Below are positions 12,121 to 23,771 of a stretch of 64,000 nt of DNA, piece after piece. Both the position numbers and the translations under genes were made by a program. The stretch comes from Octopus bimaculoides (lineage: Eukaryota): the NCBI RefSeq assembly GCF_001194135.2, contig NC_069001.1, positions 18,177,171-18,241,170 of the forward strand, written 5' to 3'. Within the stretch, counting starts at the first letter, position 1. Each line of letters opens with the position of its first letter. Below the pieces are notes generated by a model, which worked only from the letters and a program-made list of their open reading frames with translations, was not told where the DNA came from and did no database searches.

Positions 12121-13067
12121 GAAAACGATGATTTGGTGGAGTGAGTGAGCTAATTAATGTACAACACATTCTTTTGATCACAATAAAGAAATCATTTGTG
12201 CAAGTCATTCAGAAAAAATGCTGAACACTCATATATTGTCTTCAATGGGAGAATCTATCATGTATAAATATATATATTGGCAGAAGCTATAGAGTGACTC
12301 AAGAACTGAGTTTCATGCATCAACACATCAAATTCAGTAAGTGCCAATGCACTTAATAATACAAAAATATATATACTCATGTTTTGAGTTCTTTTTGCAT
12401 CGCCAAACATTATTTATAGGTTTGGTTTAACAAATGAAAGAAAAAGAACTCAATACATGAAGTTGAGAGTAAGTATATATTTTATTTATTAGTTGTGGGG
12501 TTACATAAGTGGCACAAAGGCCTTACAGTTCAAGCCAACAGAACTCTAGCTTCAGTTATTTATTCATATTGTTTTGAACTAATCATGCATTATTTCATAG
12601 CTTCAAGATTTCAATGATGTGGTTATTTATTCTTAGGATGACATTGTAGGGTAGGTGTGAGAGGCCAGTTCTAGCCAATTTGAACATAAAACAAGTAGAA
12701 TATGTGATGGGAATGGTTGAAGAAAAAAAAAAAACGGCGGTGCATCAGCATGGCCGCAGCTTTAAGATGAAACTATAGAAAAAAAAAATATTCGTGAGTG
12801 TGTCTCTGTTGATACTACTCCCCACTCTGATGAGGGGCCTTGTCCTGTAAGTTATCTGGTGACATTGTTGGTCTTGGCACCATTTAAGAAGTACCCAGTT
12901 AGCTCTGTAAAGTGGTTGGTATTAGGAAGGGCATCCAACTGTAGAAACCAAGGCAAAGAAGACAACAGGGCTGAGCACAGTCTTCTGACTTGCCAGTTTC
13001 ATCTTGAACTGTTCAACTCAAGCCAGCATGGAAAATGGATGTTAAATAATGACGATGATGATGATGA

Positions 13068-13106
<39 letters not shown>

Positions 13107-13185
13107 TGAGTGGACAAATGAAAGAAAAAGTCAATCAACAAATTTAGTAGGAGTTTTGAACCAAATCAAAATGTTTTAAATAATT

Positions 13186-13216
<31 letters not shown>

Positions 13217-13223
13217 CATATAC

Positions 13224-13261
<38 letters not shown>

Positions 13262-14826
13262 CTGTGTTGGTGGCACGTAAAAAACACCCACTACACTCTT
13301 GGAGTGGTTGGTGTTAGGAAGAGCATCCAGCTGTAGAAATGCTGCCAAATCAGATTGGAACCTGGTGCAGCTCCCCAGCTTACCAGTTTTCAGTCAAACC
13401 ATCCAACCCATGCCAGCATAGAAAATGGAAGTTAAATGATGACACACACACACACAATACATACCATGTATGTATGTATATACGGAGTATATAGACTGTT
13501 ACATGGAAGCTAAATAGAGTAGACTTACAAATATTTGATCTCTATTAATCCACCAACCACCATCATCACCACAACCACCACTGTCATTACAATTACTACC
13601 ATTATGACCACCACCACTACTCCTAATACAACCTGATTCTTTCCCTTCTATTTTCTTCATCAAGGAATAATAAATCCTGCCAGAACAGGTGAGATAATCT
13701 CTGTTATGCTAATGTCATCCACAATCACTAAATCATTAAGCAGCCAGCCAGCCAAGCAGCCTGCCATTCCAAGGTCAACAGGGAGATAGGAGAGGAGAGA
13801 GGAAATTGGCATAGTCCTATGACTTAGAAAGGGGATCTGATTGCCATATTAAAGGCGAAGGGGTCTGGTTGCTATGGTAAAGGTAAAAGAATAGTAACAA
13901 GAATTACTATGTCTACAAACCCCTCTGCTTCTTTTATTCTGTTTTGCCAAATGTAAATAAATCACATTGTGCAGCACCTTTGGCAAGTGTCTTCCAATAT
14001 AGCCCCAGGCTGACCAATGCCTTGTGATAAATCTGGTAGACAGAAACTATGCGAAAGCCTATCTGTCTGTGCTTTGCAACTACATGGTTCAAGATTCAGT
14101 CCCACTGTATGGCACCTTGGGCAAGTGTCTACTACTATAGCTTTGGGCTGACTAAAGCCTTGTGAGTGGATTTAGTAGATGGAAACTGAAAGAAGGCCAT
14201 CATATATTTATCTCTGAGTGTGTGTGTGTTTGTACCCCACCACCACCTGACAACCAATGCTGGTGTGTTTACATCCCCATAGCTTAGTGGTTCAGCATAA
14301 GAGACTGATAGAATAAGTACTAGGCTTAAAAAAAAAAAAATCCTGCAGTTAATTTGTTCAACTAAAAATCCTTCAAGGTTTTTCATTCAATTGACTAAAA
14401 CATGTAAAAAATATCTGTGTTTGTGTGTGTGTATATATGGAGGTACATAGCTTAGTGATTAGGGTGTTAGACTCATGATCAAAAGATTGTGGTTTCAATT
14501 CCTGGACTGGGCAATGCATTGTGTTCTTGAGCAAAACACTTCATTTCACTTTACTCCAGTCCACTGTCAAACAGTGTATATATTACCCCATCCACTGGGA
14601 TCATATATACACACCACAAAATCTGGAACTAGCCTTACAAGTCTATATGACTCGAGAAAGGGCTTTATGCATTTATATATACTTCATCTTTAACTTGTTT
14701 CAATCATTAGATTACATCACCTTGTGGAGAATTTTTAACTGAATGTATCAACCCTACTACTTATTTTTTTTTAAGCCAGGTGCTTACTCTACCAGTGGTA
14801 GGGGGACAAACAGACAGACAGACAGG

Positions 14827-14861
<35 letters not shown>

Positions 14862-15777
14862 GTATATACACATATACACGATGGGCTTCTTTCAGTTTCT
14901 GTCTACCAAATTCACTCACAAGCTTTGGTCAGCTTGAACTTATAGCACAAGACACTTCCCCAAGGTGCCATGCAGTGGAACTGAAACTGGAATCATGTGG
15001 TTGGGAAGCAAGTTTCTTACCACACAACCATGTAAGAAATCCATCTATATATATGTGTGTATGTGTTTGTCATCTACCAACTGCTTGACAACAGGTCCAC
15101 ATAACTTAGTGGTTTGGCAAATACGACTGACAGAATAAGTACCAGACTTTAAAAAATAAGTACTGGGTTCAGTTTGTTCAACTACTTTCAAGTTGTCCCA
15201 ACATGGTTGTAGTCCAATGACTGAAACAAGTAAAAGATAAACGATAAAACACGCACACTCACAGACAGTTGTACAAACAATTGATTTTCTTTTTTTCCTG
15301 TTTAATCACATACCTACTTATATACTGACATTACACATCACAGAAGTTATAATGCTATAGTGTTGTCACTCACAAATGCAATAAGCAGGTGGTTAGTGTG
15401 TATGTCTTTGAATTGTAGTGTACATCTGTGTGTCTATGTGCTATAGTGTACAATTGTATGTGTGTATATGCACGTATTTACAAGCATATGCAGGTGAAAC
15501 ATACATAATTGCATGAGCAGTTTTCTTTTGTATGTGTGTGTATCATGTGCTTGAAGTGCAGGAACATGTGATTGCATGTACATAACTATGTGTAAATGTA
15601 TGTGCAGATGCTTGCAGGGACAGATGATTACATATATGTAGTTTCTTCTAAGTATATATGCATGTGTTTATATATGTACATGCATACACCTATATGTGTC
15701 TATAACAGAAAACCTATTAAGTACATATCTATATTCTACTGATGACAAAAGGTAAAAGTACAAACATTGTCCCAGTT

Positions 15778-15830
<53 letters not shown>

Positions 15831-16539
15831 AGCACTGAGCTAATGAGGTAGTTCAACATGGTAGCTCACACTACTAGAAATAGCAGTTAAATCTTCCTCA
15901 TCTTAAAGAAAAAAAAAAAAAGAAATGTTCGGTAATGTGGTGATTGGGTTCTCCTGCAGAGAAGGAAAAAGACTGGATTGTCATGGTTGGAATGCCTTTG
16001 ATCATAGGCTTGCTTGATCAGATTTGACCTGGTGTTAAACAACAACCATTGACCCTGCCTCCACAAACACACATCTGCTGACACACATGCACACACACAG
16101 ACACACACAATCATCAACATCATCATCCAATGTATAGCCTTCAAGGGTCACTAACATCATACATTTCTAAGATTTGGGGTTAAGAGTTTGTGAGGTGTCA
16201 TTCTGCAGCAGACAACTTAATTTCAGGTGAATGGAATGGATCAATGTAAAATAAAAGGTCTTATCCAAGGTTCTATCTATCCAAGGTTCATGCTACTTGG
16301 TCCAGTAACTGAACCTGCAACCTCACAATCATGAATCAAACATCCTAACCACTTGTCCACAAGCCATTACACATAAATACACATAAGTATGTATCTATAT
16401 ATAAATGTACTGGTACAAACATACACATATATATACATACATACATATACATTCATACACACAAACACATGTACAAACAGAAAGTTACATACAAATGCAC
16501 ATACATGCATAATCCTACTCCTACACAGACACACACACA

Positions 16540-16574
<35 letters not shown>

Positions 16575-16807
16575 CTGTTAGAAGAAACTACATATATGTA
16601 ATCATCGTCTATTTATTTGTTATTATTATTGTTATTGTTGTTGTAATAAAGTATTTCCAACGGATCAATTTTGAGCTCTATTTAAAGTTGATATATATAT
16701 ACTAGTACACAAACACACGCATATACATACATACGTACATATATATATACACACAAAGATACATGCAATTTTAAATGACAGAACAGAGACAAAATAAGTA
16801 TATGACA

Positions 16808-16853
<46 letters not shown>

Positions 16854-18048
16854 GTTGATAATAATGTCACACTCAACATTACCTCTTCCCAGTAATATCC
16901 ATACTGGGTGTAGAAGCAGCGCCAATCATTGTAACTGCTGTAGCTATAATTATAGTTGTCATGGTATAAAATATTCCATTCTGATGTCATTCTAACAAAA
17001 TATATTTTTTCTTTGTTTTTGTATTATTTTTCTCCAAGCTTTGGTTAGCTTGGTTTTTTTTTTTTTTGATTTGTGGTGTAACTAGCTATATGTATGCGTA
17101 TATGATGTATTACAGATCCAATACTAAGAAAACTATCAGATGATGCCTCACAAGGAGTAACCACTTTTACTACCAAGTGTTAAATAGAAACTAATCTAAC
17201 TGCATCATATAGACTAATATCATGAAAATGAGGTCTTTCAGATGGAGGATGGGGGAAGAGAGGCTGGGAGAGAGCATATTAAAAATAAAAAATCATTAAT
17301 AATAATAACAACAACAACAAATAAAAAAAAGACTATAATGATGGATTTAGTTACTGAATTGATCCGATCTCATTAACAACAAAAAATAAGAAAGTAAAAA
17401 AATAATAATATATGGAAAATACAGAAGCAAAGACATTTAAAAATAAGAAAATTTTTTTTTTTTTGAATTAGAAAAAAAATGAAAGAAAATATATTTATTT
17501 TTTAAATCTAGAAAATATTATATAGACAAAGTAAAAGAAATTAGTAAAAATGAAAAATAAAAATATTAATAAAAAAGTAAAAAAAGAAAAACTTCTTTTC
17601 AAAAAAATAGGGAAAAGTAAAAAAAAATATAGAGTGAAGAGAAAAAATTTTTAAATTAATGGAGTGAAAAATGATGAGAGAGAGAGAGAAGAAAGAGGAG
17701 GAGGGAGTTGAGATGGGGAGTTAAGAGGGAGTTGGGGATAGTTTTACGGGAGTTAAGAGGTAGAAGGATAGTAAAGAAAAAGAGGCACTTCAGAAATGAA
17801 ATATTTATTTATGAATTTTAAGTTTAGGTTTCAGTCAAGGTTAATTAGTTGTGAAACAGATTAGTAGTTAATTAGGTGATTTTATTTAATTTTTATTAGT
17901 TTCTTATATAGTTTATGTTGTTTTAGTTTGTTATTTAGTTAAGTTGCTTTGTATTAAGCTGGGTGTGTGTATATGTATGTGTGTGTCTCTCCATATGCAT
18001 TTATATATATCTACATATGTATGAATGCATATAATATACACATACACA

Positions 18049-18094
<46 letters not shown>

Positions 18095-19049
18095 TATATG
18101 ACAACACATGTATGTATATACATACACACACCTACAAACACAAATGCTGTCACACAAAGAATAACTGTTTTTACAACCAAGCGTTAAACAGAAATTTATC
18201 TACAAACTGCATCATATAGACTAATGCCTAAACATATATAAATGCACACATAAACACACAAACATATGTATATATACACTGACACACAAGTGCAAGTATG
18301 GTTGTGCAGTTAGCAAGTTATCTTTGCAATAATATGGTTTCTGGTTCAATCCCACCGTGCACCACTTTGGACAAATGTCTTCTACTATAAGCTCAGGTCA
18401 ACCAAAGTCTTGTGAAAGAAATTTGGTAAATGAAATGTATGGAAACCTATTGGAAGGACCATTCCTGTTCTTTGGAGGTTGAGGATTAATCTACCATTCA
18501 GTTTAGCTCTGGTACAAGTCTTTGATTAACATGACGCTATGATAGAAACTTGTCAAAGGAATTGTGGAAACGAAACCGAAACCACTTGGTTGCAAAACCA
18601 TCTTGTTTATTGCATAACCATAACTGCACTTATGTATCTGGGTAGATATACCTGTGTGTGCGTGTATATGCATATATGTGTACATATGAGTTTGTATGTA
18701 TGTATCACACACACAAACCCTGTAAAGTGGTTGGCATTAGGAAGAAGCATTCATGCCAAATTAGACATCTGCAACTTAGCACCGTCCTCTGGCTTGTCAG
18801 ATCCTCTCAAACCATCCAACCCATGCCAGTATGGAATATGTATGGTAAATGATGATTAGAATGACGATAAATTTTCATGCTTACATGAGTCAAACGGAAC
18901 TTGTCGAGGCAGATTTTCTATGGTTAGGTGCCAACCCTTACTTGTTTCCATGCAAGGTAATACTTCCTTATGATCAGACATGTTTTTATGGCAGATTGAA
19001 AATGAAAGCCACTGCTTCTACGATGATGATACTTGTTTTACAAATGCTG

Positions 19050-19252
19050 TGAACTGGCCCAAATAGGCTACCTGTTTTATGTTCTAACCATCCAGATGCA
19101 GCCTATCACACCTACCCTTCAATGCCAGTCTAAAAATATACAATTATATCATCAACATTTCAAAGCTACGAGATAAAGAATGATTAATTTAAAAACAATG
19201 TAAATGAAAAAGTACTACAGTTGACAGAATAATCTGAATGCTAAAGGGTTAA
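19050..19252 (+). mobile_element. Partial TTAA-ended MITE (same family as 54026-54245)
   Basis: Ends ...aataatctgaatgctaaagggttaa; related pieces at 12540-12710 and 24100-24290 on the minus strand. Confidence 0.7.
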
Positions 19253-20261
19253 AAAGATGGAAAAAAAAGGTGGGGACACAGCAGCAGAAGACACAGGGGA
19301 GGGGCAATGGGCCACAAACCCCAGAACACATGGAATGCTCATCCACGCTTGTAGTAAAGACTGCGATGGCATTGCCATGGAGAATGACCAGCGACACTAG
19401 CTGCAGTAGCTACTCCAGCTCATGGAGCTCATTTCTCCAACGAACAACCACTATCCTTATTTTGCAGAGGAAATCAGTAGTGCAAGGTCCTAGAACCCCT
19501 GACATCGCAACAGCGACCAGAACAAACTGATAGCAGCCAGCCAAGATCCTATACCTATAGTTGTGCGATGTCAAGACAAGGTAATAGGCACATGCACACA
19601 TACAGGTGCCTATGATAAGTTTCATTAAGTTTCTGTCTATCAGATCCATTCACAAGGCTTTGATTGGCCCAGGGCTATAGTACAAAACTGTTTCTCAAAG
19701 TACCACCATGTAGAACTGAACTGAAATCATGTCAAAAGGCAAACTTTTAAATTACATACATACAGCAAAAGATGCTTACACACACATAAAAAACATACAT
19801 ATACATACACACATATCACAATATATATATATATACATAGATACATACATAAATATATACACACACACAAATATACACAGACACAAATAAAACACTCACA
19901 ATAAACAAATTAAATCAGTTGAGTTATTAGGACAGTGAAAAGGTGAGACAACAGTTTAAAAAAATTTTTTTTTTCCTTCTAATATCATCAAAAATTGTTT
20001 ATTTCAGAGTATAAAAAATAAGAAAGCAAACGATAAAACAAAAATGGAATTATAATAGAAAAAACAAACAACCTAAGATGAAACCCTTAAATAGTAATTG
20101 AAAACATAACTAGAGCATATTAGAGGGGTGAGTTAAATATGAAAAATGAGATGAATTATCATTAGGAATAGCTTTGTAGTTTTCTTTAGAACGAGAAAAA
20201 TATTTCGAAATTCAAGAAAAAAATCATGTTTAAATTTACATAAAAAAACATTATATGTAAT

Positions 20262-20590
20262 TTGAAGACGATGATGGTTGTGGGTGATGAGAAATTTGAT
20301 GATGGTGGTGGTGGTGGCAGTTGTTGTAGTGGTGATATGATGATAGTGGTGGTGAACAAGATAACTGTGGGGATAATGATGGTGATGGTGAAGGTACTGA
20401 CTTTGATGAGATTGATGATGATTATAGTGATGACGATAGTAACGATGATGGAGATAGTGATGATGCTTATGATGATGATAGTGACAATGAGGTATAGTGA
20501 TGATAATGAGAATGGTGATAGTACGGATGGTGGTAAAGATACGATGATGATGATGATGACGACTACAATGATAGTGATGATGATGATATA
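20262..20590. repeat. Degenerate (GAT)n tract
   Basis: Direct reading; explains the poly-His/Met/Asp ORFs. Confidence 0.95.
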
Positions 20591-20690
20591 TCATTTAGAA
20601 ATCATTAAGTTGTATATCTTATCCACTTTGTCAGTATCAAATGATAAAAGTTTTAGTTCAGAGATAGATAGATAGGATAGATAGATAGAT

Positions 20691-20733
<43 letters not shown>

Positions 20734-20906
20734 TAGAGAAAGAGAGAGACAGATGAGGGAGAAATATGTGCTTTCAGGAGATTAAGTGCTTACGTCAACT
20801 TGTAGAAGACATTTCATATCATAATACGGAGAATATTCCAGCGCAACTACACCGCTGTGTGCATATCTGTGTATGTGTGTAGTATATGCATAAACACACA
20901 CACACG

Positions 20907-20948
<42 letters not shown>

Positions 20949-21538
20949 NNNNNNNNNNNNNNNNNNNNNNNNNNNNNNNNNNNNNNNNNNNNNNNNNNNN
21001 NNNNNNNNNNNNNNNNNNNNNNNNNNNNNNNNNNNNNNNNNNNNNNNNNNNNNNNNNNNNNNNNNNNNNNNNNNNNNNNNNNNNNNNNNNNNNNNNNNNN
21101 NNNNNNNNNNNNNNNNNNNNNNNNNNNNNNNNNNNNNNNNNNNNNNNNNNNNNNNNNNNNNNNNNNNNNNNNNNNNNNNNNNNNNNNNNNNNNNNNNNNN
21201 NNNNNNNNNNNNNNNNNNNNNNNNNNNNNNNNNNNNNNNNNNNNNNNNNNNNNNNNNNNNNNNNNNNNNNNNNNNNNNNNNNNNNNNNNNNNNNNNNNNN
21301 NNNNNNNNNNNNNNNNNNNNNNNNNNNNNNNNNNNNNNNNNNNNNNNNNNNNNNNNNNNNNNNNNNNNNNNNNNNNNNNNNNNNNNNNNNNNNNNNNNNN
21401 NNNNNNNNNNNNNNNNNNNNNNNNNNNNNNNNNNNNNNNNNNNNNNNNNNNNNNNNNNTATACATACATATATACACATACATATATACACATAAGTGGT
21501 TGTCTACTCCTTACACAGAGTTTGACCACCTCCTGCAC

Positions 21539-21850
21539 CTACACCTTAGCCCTTTCATGGCGTCTGATGTGGCTTTTTAAACCAGACAATGTTTTGAAAA
21601 AACACCCACACAGATTGCACCTCTGATTTGTACTACTAATACCTGCAGGTAAGTTCTGCACATTGTGGATCCTAACATGTCTTTTAAGACCCCCATTGGA
21701 TTTGCAAACTCTCTGGCACACACCACATTCAAACGTGTGCACAGACATAAATCAGAATAGCTGGTTGAAGTTTGTTTTCCATGGGTTCACAGGTGAGATT
21801 TGAGGCCAGCCAAAGACAGACATGGTCTGTCACAGACTGTGCACACATAC
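21539..21850 (-). pseudogene. Disrupted triple C2H2 zinc-finger fragment, probably a LINE C-terminus
   Basis: YVCTVCDRPCLSLAGLKSHL*TH, frameshift, FECGVCQRVCKSNGGLKRHVRIH, RCNLCGCFFKTLSGLKSHIRRH; no TGEKP linkers. Confidence 0.8.
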
Positions 21851-22367
21851 ATATATACATACATATATATATACATATACATGCTAGAAATAAGCATTAT
21901 GAGGTTTCTTTTTATATAAAAAGTACCCCACTCACATGGCTTAGATAAATAAATTTTCCAATGCATCTACTCTTGCAAACATAGGTGTTACTCAACATTT
22001 ATGCGTTATGATTCTGGATAGAGTTGGGAACCACATTCCACACCCATTGAAATTTTTTCTGAAAAATGAAACAACACTCCCCTCCCTCTTACTCTGTACC
22101 TAGAAAGCCATCAGTAGCCTTATCTTATGCATTGTATCTCCTTCTCCAACTACTCAAAAACACTTCCACTCCCTGGTCTTTTGCATATAGTTCTATAAAA
22201 ACAATCAGTGGGTAATTCCCATTAGAAAAACACAGTAAATTTTCCCTGATGAAAGAGCTGGTGTCCAATAATGGATGTAAATATCTTTTATATGACTGGA
22301 CAACTGGACCCCCAGAAACAGTCGTAAGATTATTAACTGGATTATTAACACACAAACTTTTTATCAT

Positions 22368-23069
22368 CTGTGCGTGAGAAGACTCGGCAAGCCAAGTGAG
22401 ACCAAAATCCAAGGCCTCTGCCAGGGATGTAGTCAGCCCACTTACGCGTAACATTCCTTCATTGGACCCTAAACTCCGCTTGCGAAGACCTGTTGAGGCA
22501 AGTGAAATCGAAATCGAACTAAATTTGTAGACTGGCACCCATGCCAATGTCTCTTCATTGAACACTAAACTTAGCTTGCGAAGACCTGTTGGGGCAAGCG
22601 AAAGCGATATCGTGATGGCACCTGTACCAGTGGAGCGCTAAGAGCACCGTCCGAGCATGATCGGTGCCAGAGCACCAGCTGTCTGGCTTCCATGCTGGTG
22701 GCATGTAAATAGCACCATTTGAGCATGATCGTTACCAACGTCGCCTTCCTGGCACATGAAAAGACATTCGAGTGAGATCATTGCCAGTACTGCTGGACTG
22801 GCTCCTGTGCAGGTGGCATGTAAAATACACCAATTTGAGTGTGGCCATTGCCAGTACTTTCTGACTGGCCTCCGTGCTGGTGGCACGTAAAAGCACCCAC
22901 TACACTCTCGGAGTGGTTGGCGTTAGGAAGGGCATCCAGCTGTAGAAACTCTGCCAAATCAGATTGGAGTCTGGTGTAGCCATCTGGTTCACCAGTCCTC
23001 AGTCAAATCGTCCAACCTATGCTAGCATGGAAAGCGGACGTTAAACGATGATGATGATGATGATGATGA
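22368..23069 (+). mobile_element. 5'-truncated RTE-clade LINE: ORF end plus 3' UTR with internal tandem repeats and (GAT)n tail
   Basis: gagaagactcggcaagccaagtga (EKTRQAK*), same ORF end as the element at 26653-28125; conserved tail ...catgctagcatggaaagcggacgttaaacgatgatg. Partial reverse copy at 60880-61060. Confidence 0.85.
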
Positions 23070-23373
23070 CTCTTAACTCTTTTTATGATTTTGTTTTATA
23101 ATCTGTAAGTCAACCTATATATGTATTTATATTTTTCAATATATTTTTAATGTATTCATTACTCTACATATTTTTATATATCTTTTACTCTTTTACTCAT
23201 TTCAGCCATGCGGCTGTAGTCATGCTGGAGCATATATCTTTAATATGTTTGATGTATTAAATATACTTTTAGAGAAATTCATGCATGTTGGGTCTAGGGC
23301 TCAATAAATACAAATGTATATGTGAACTTGATTTGTCAAACTTTGATTCTTATTTCTACATTATATATAAGTA

Positions 23374-23536
23374 GGCATAGGAGTGGCTGTGTGGTAAGTA
23401 ACTTGCTTATGAACCACATAGTTTCAGGTTCAGTCTCACTGCATGGCACCTTGGGCAAGTGTCTTCTACTATAGCCTCGGGCTGACCAAAGCCTTGTGAG
23501 TGGATTTGGTAGACAGAAACTGAAAGAAGCCCATCG

Positions 23537-23583
<47 letters not shown>

Positions 23584-23771
23584 TTCTGTGTCTGTGTTTG
23601 TCCCCCCAACATCGCTTGACAACCGATGCTGGTGTGCTTACGTCCCCATAATTTAGCAGTTCAGCAAAAAAAAACTGATAGAATAAGTACTAGGGTCAAT
23701 TTGTTCCACTAAAGGCGGTGCTCCAGCATGGCCACAGTCGAATGACTGAAACAAGTAAAAGAGTAAAAGAG
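23374..23771 (+). mobile_element. Near full-length tRNA-derived SINE (family A)
   Basis: Head gtggctgtgtggtaag...caggttcagtctcactg, core gcaccttgggcaagtgtcttctactatagcc...ggaaactgaaagaagccc, tail ggcggtgctccagcatggccacagtcgaatgactgaaacaagtaaaagag. Fifteen or more partial copies on both strands (e.g. 2985-3140, 10649-10780, 13975-14400, 14880-15245, 28895-29350, 43620-43990, 49215-49400, 55020-55250, 58665-59030, 60035-60195). Confidence 0.9.

Noticed and set aside
22457-22612. HDV-like ribozyme suggested by gcgaa in the duplicated block
   Set aside because: I could not assign P1, P2, P3 and P1.1 pairings, and the block lies in a 3' UTR rather than at the 5' end where RTE HDV-like ribozymes occur.
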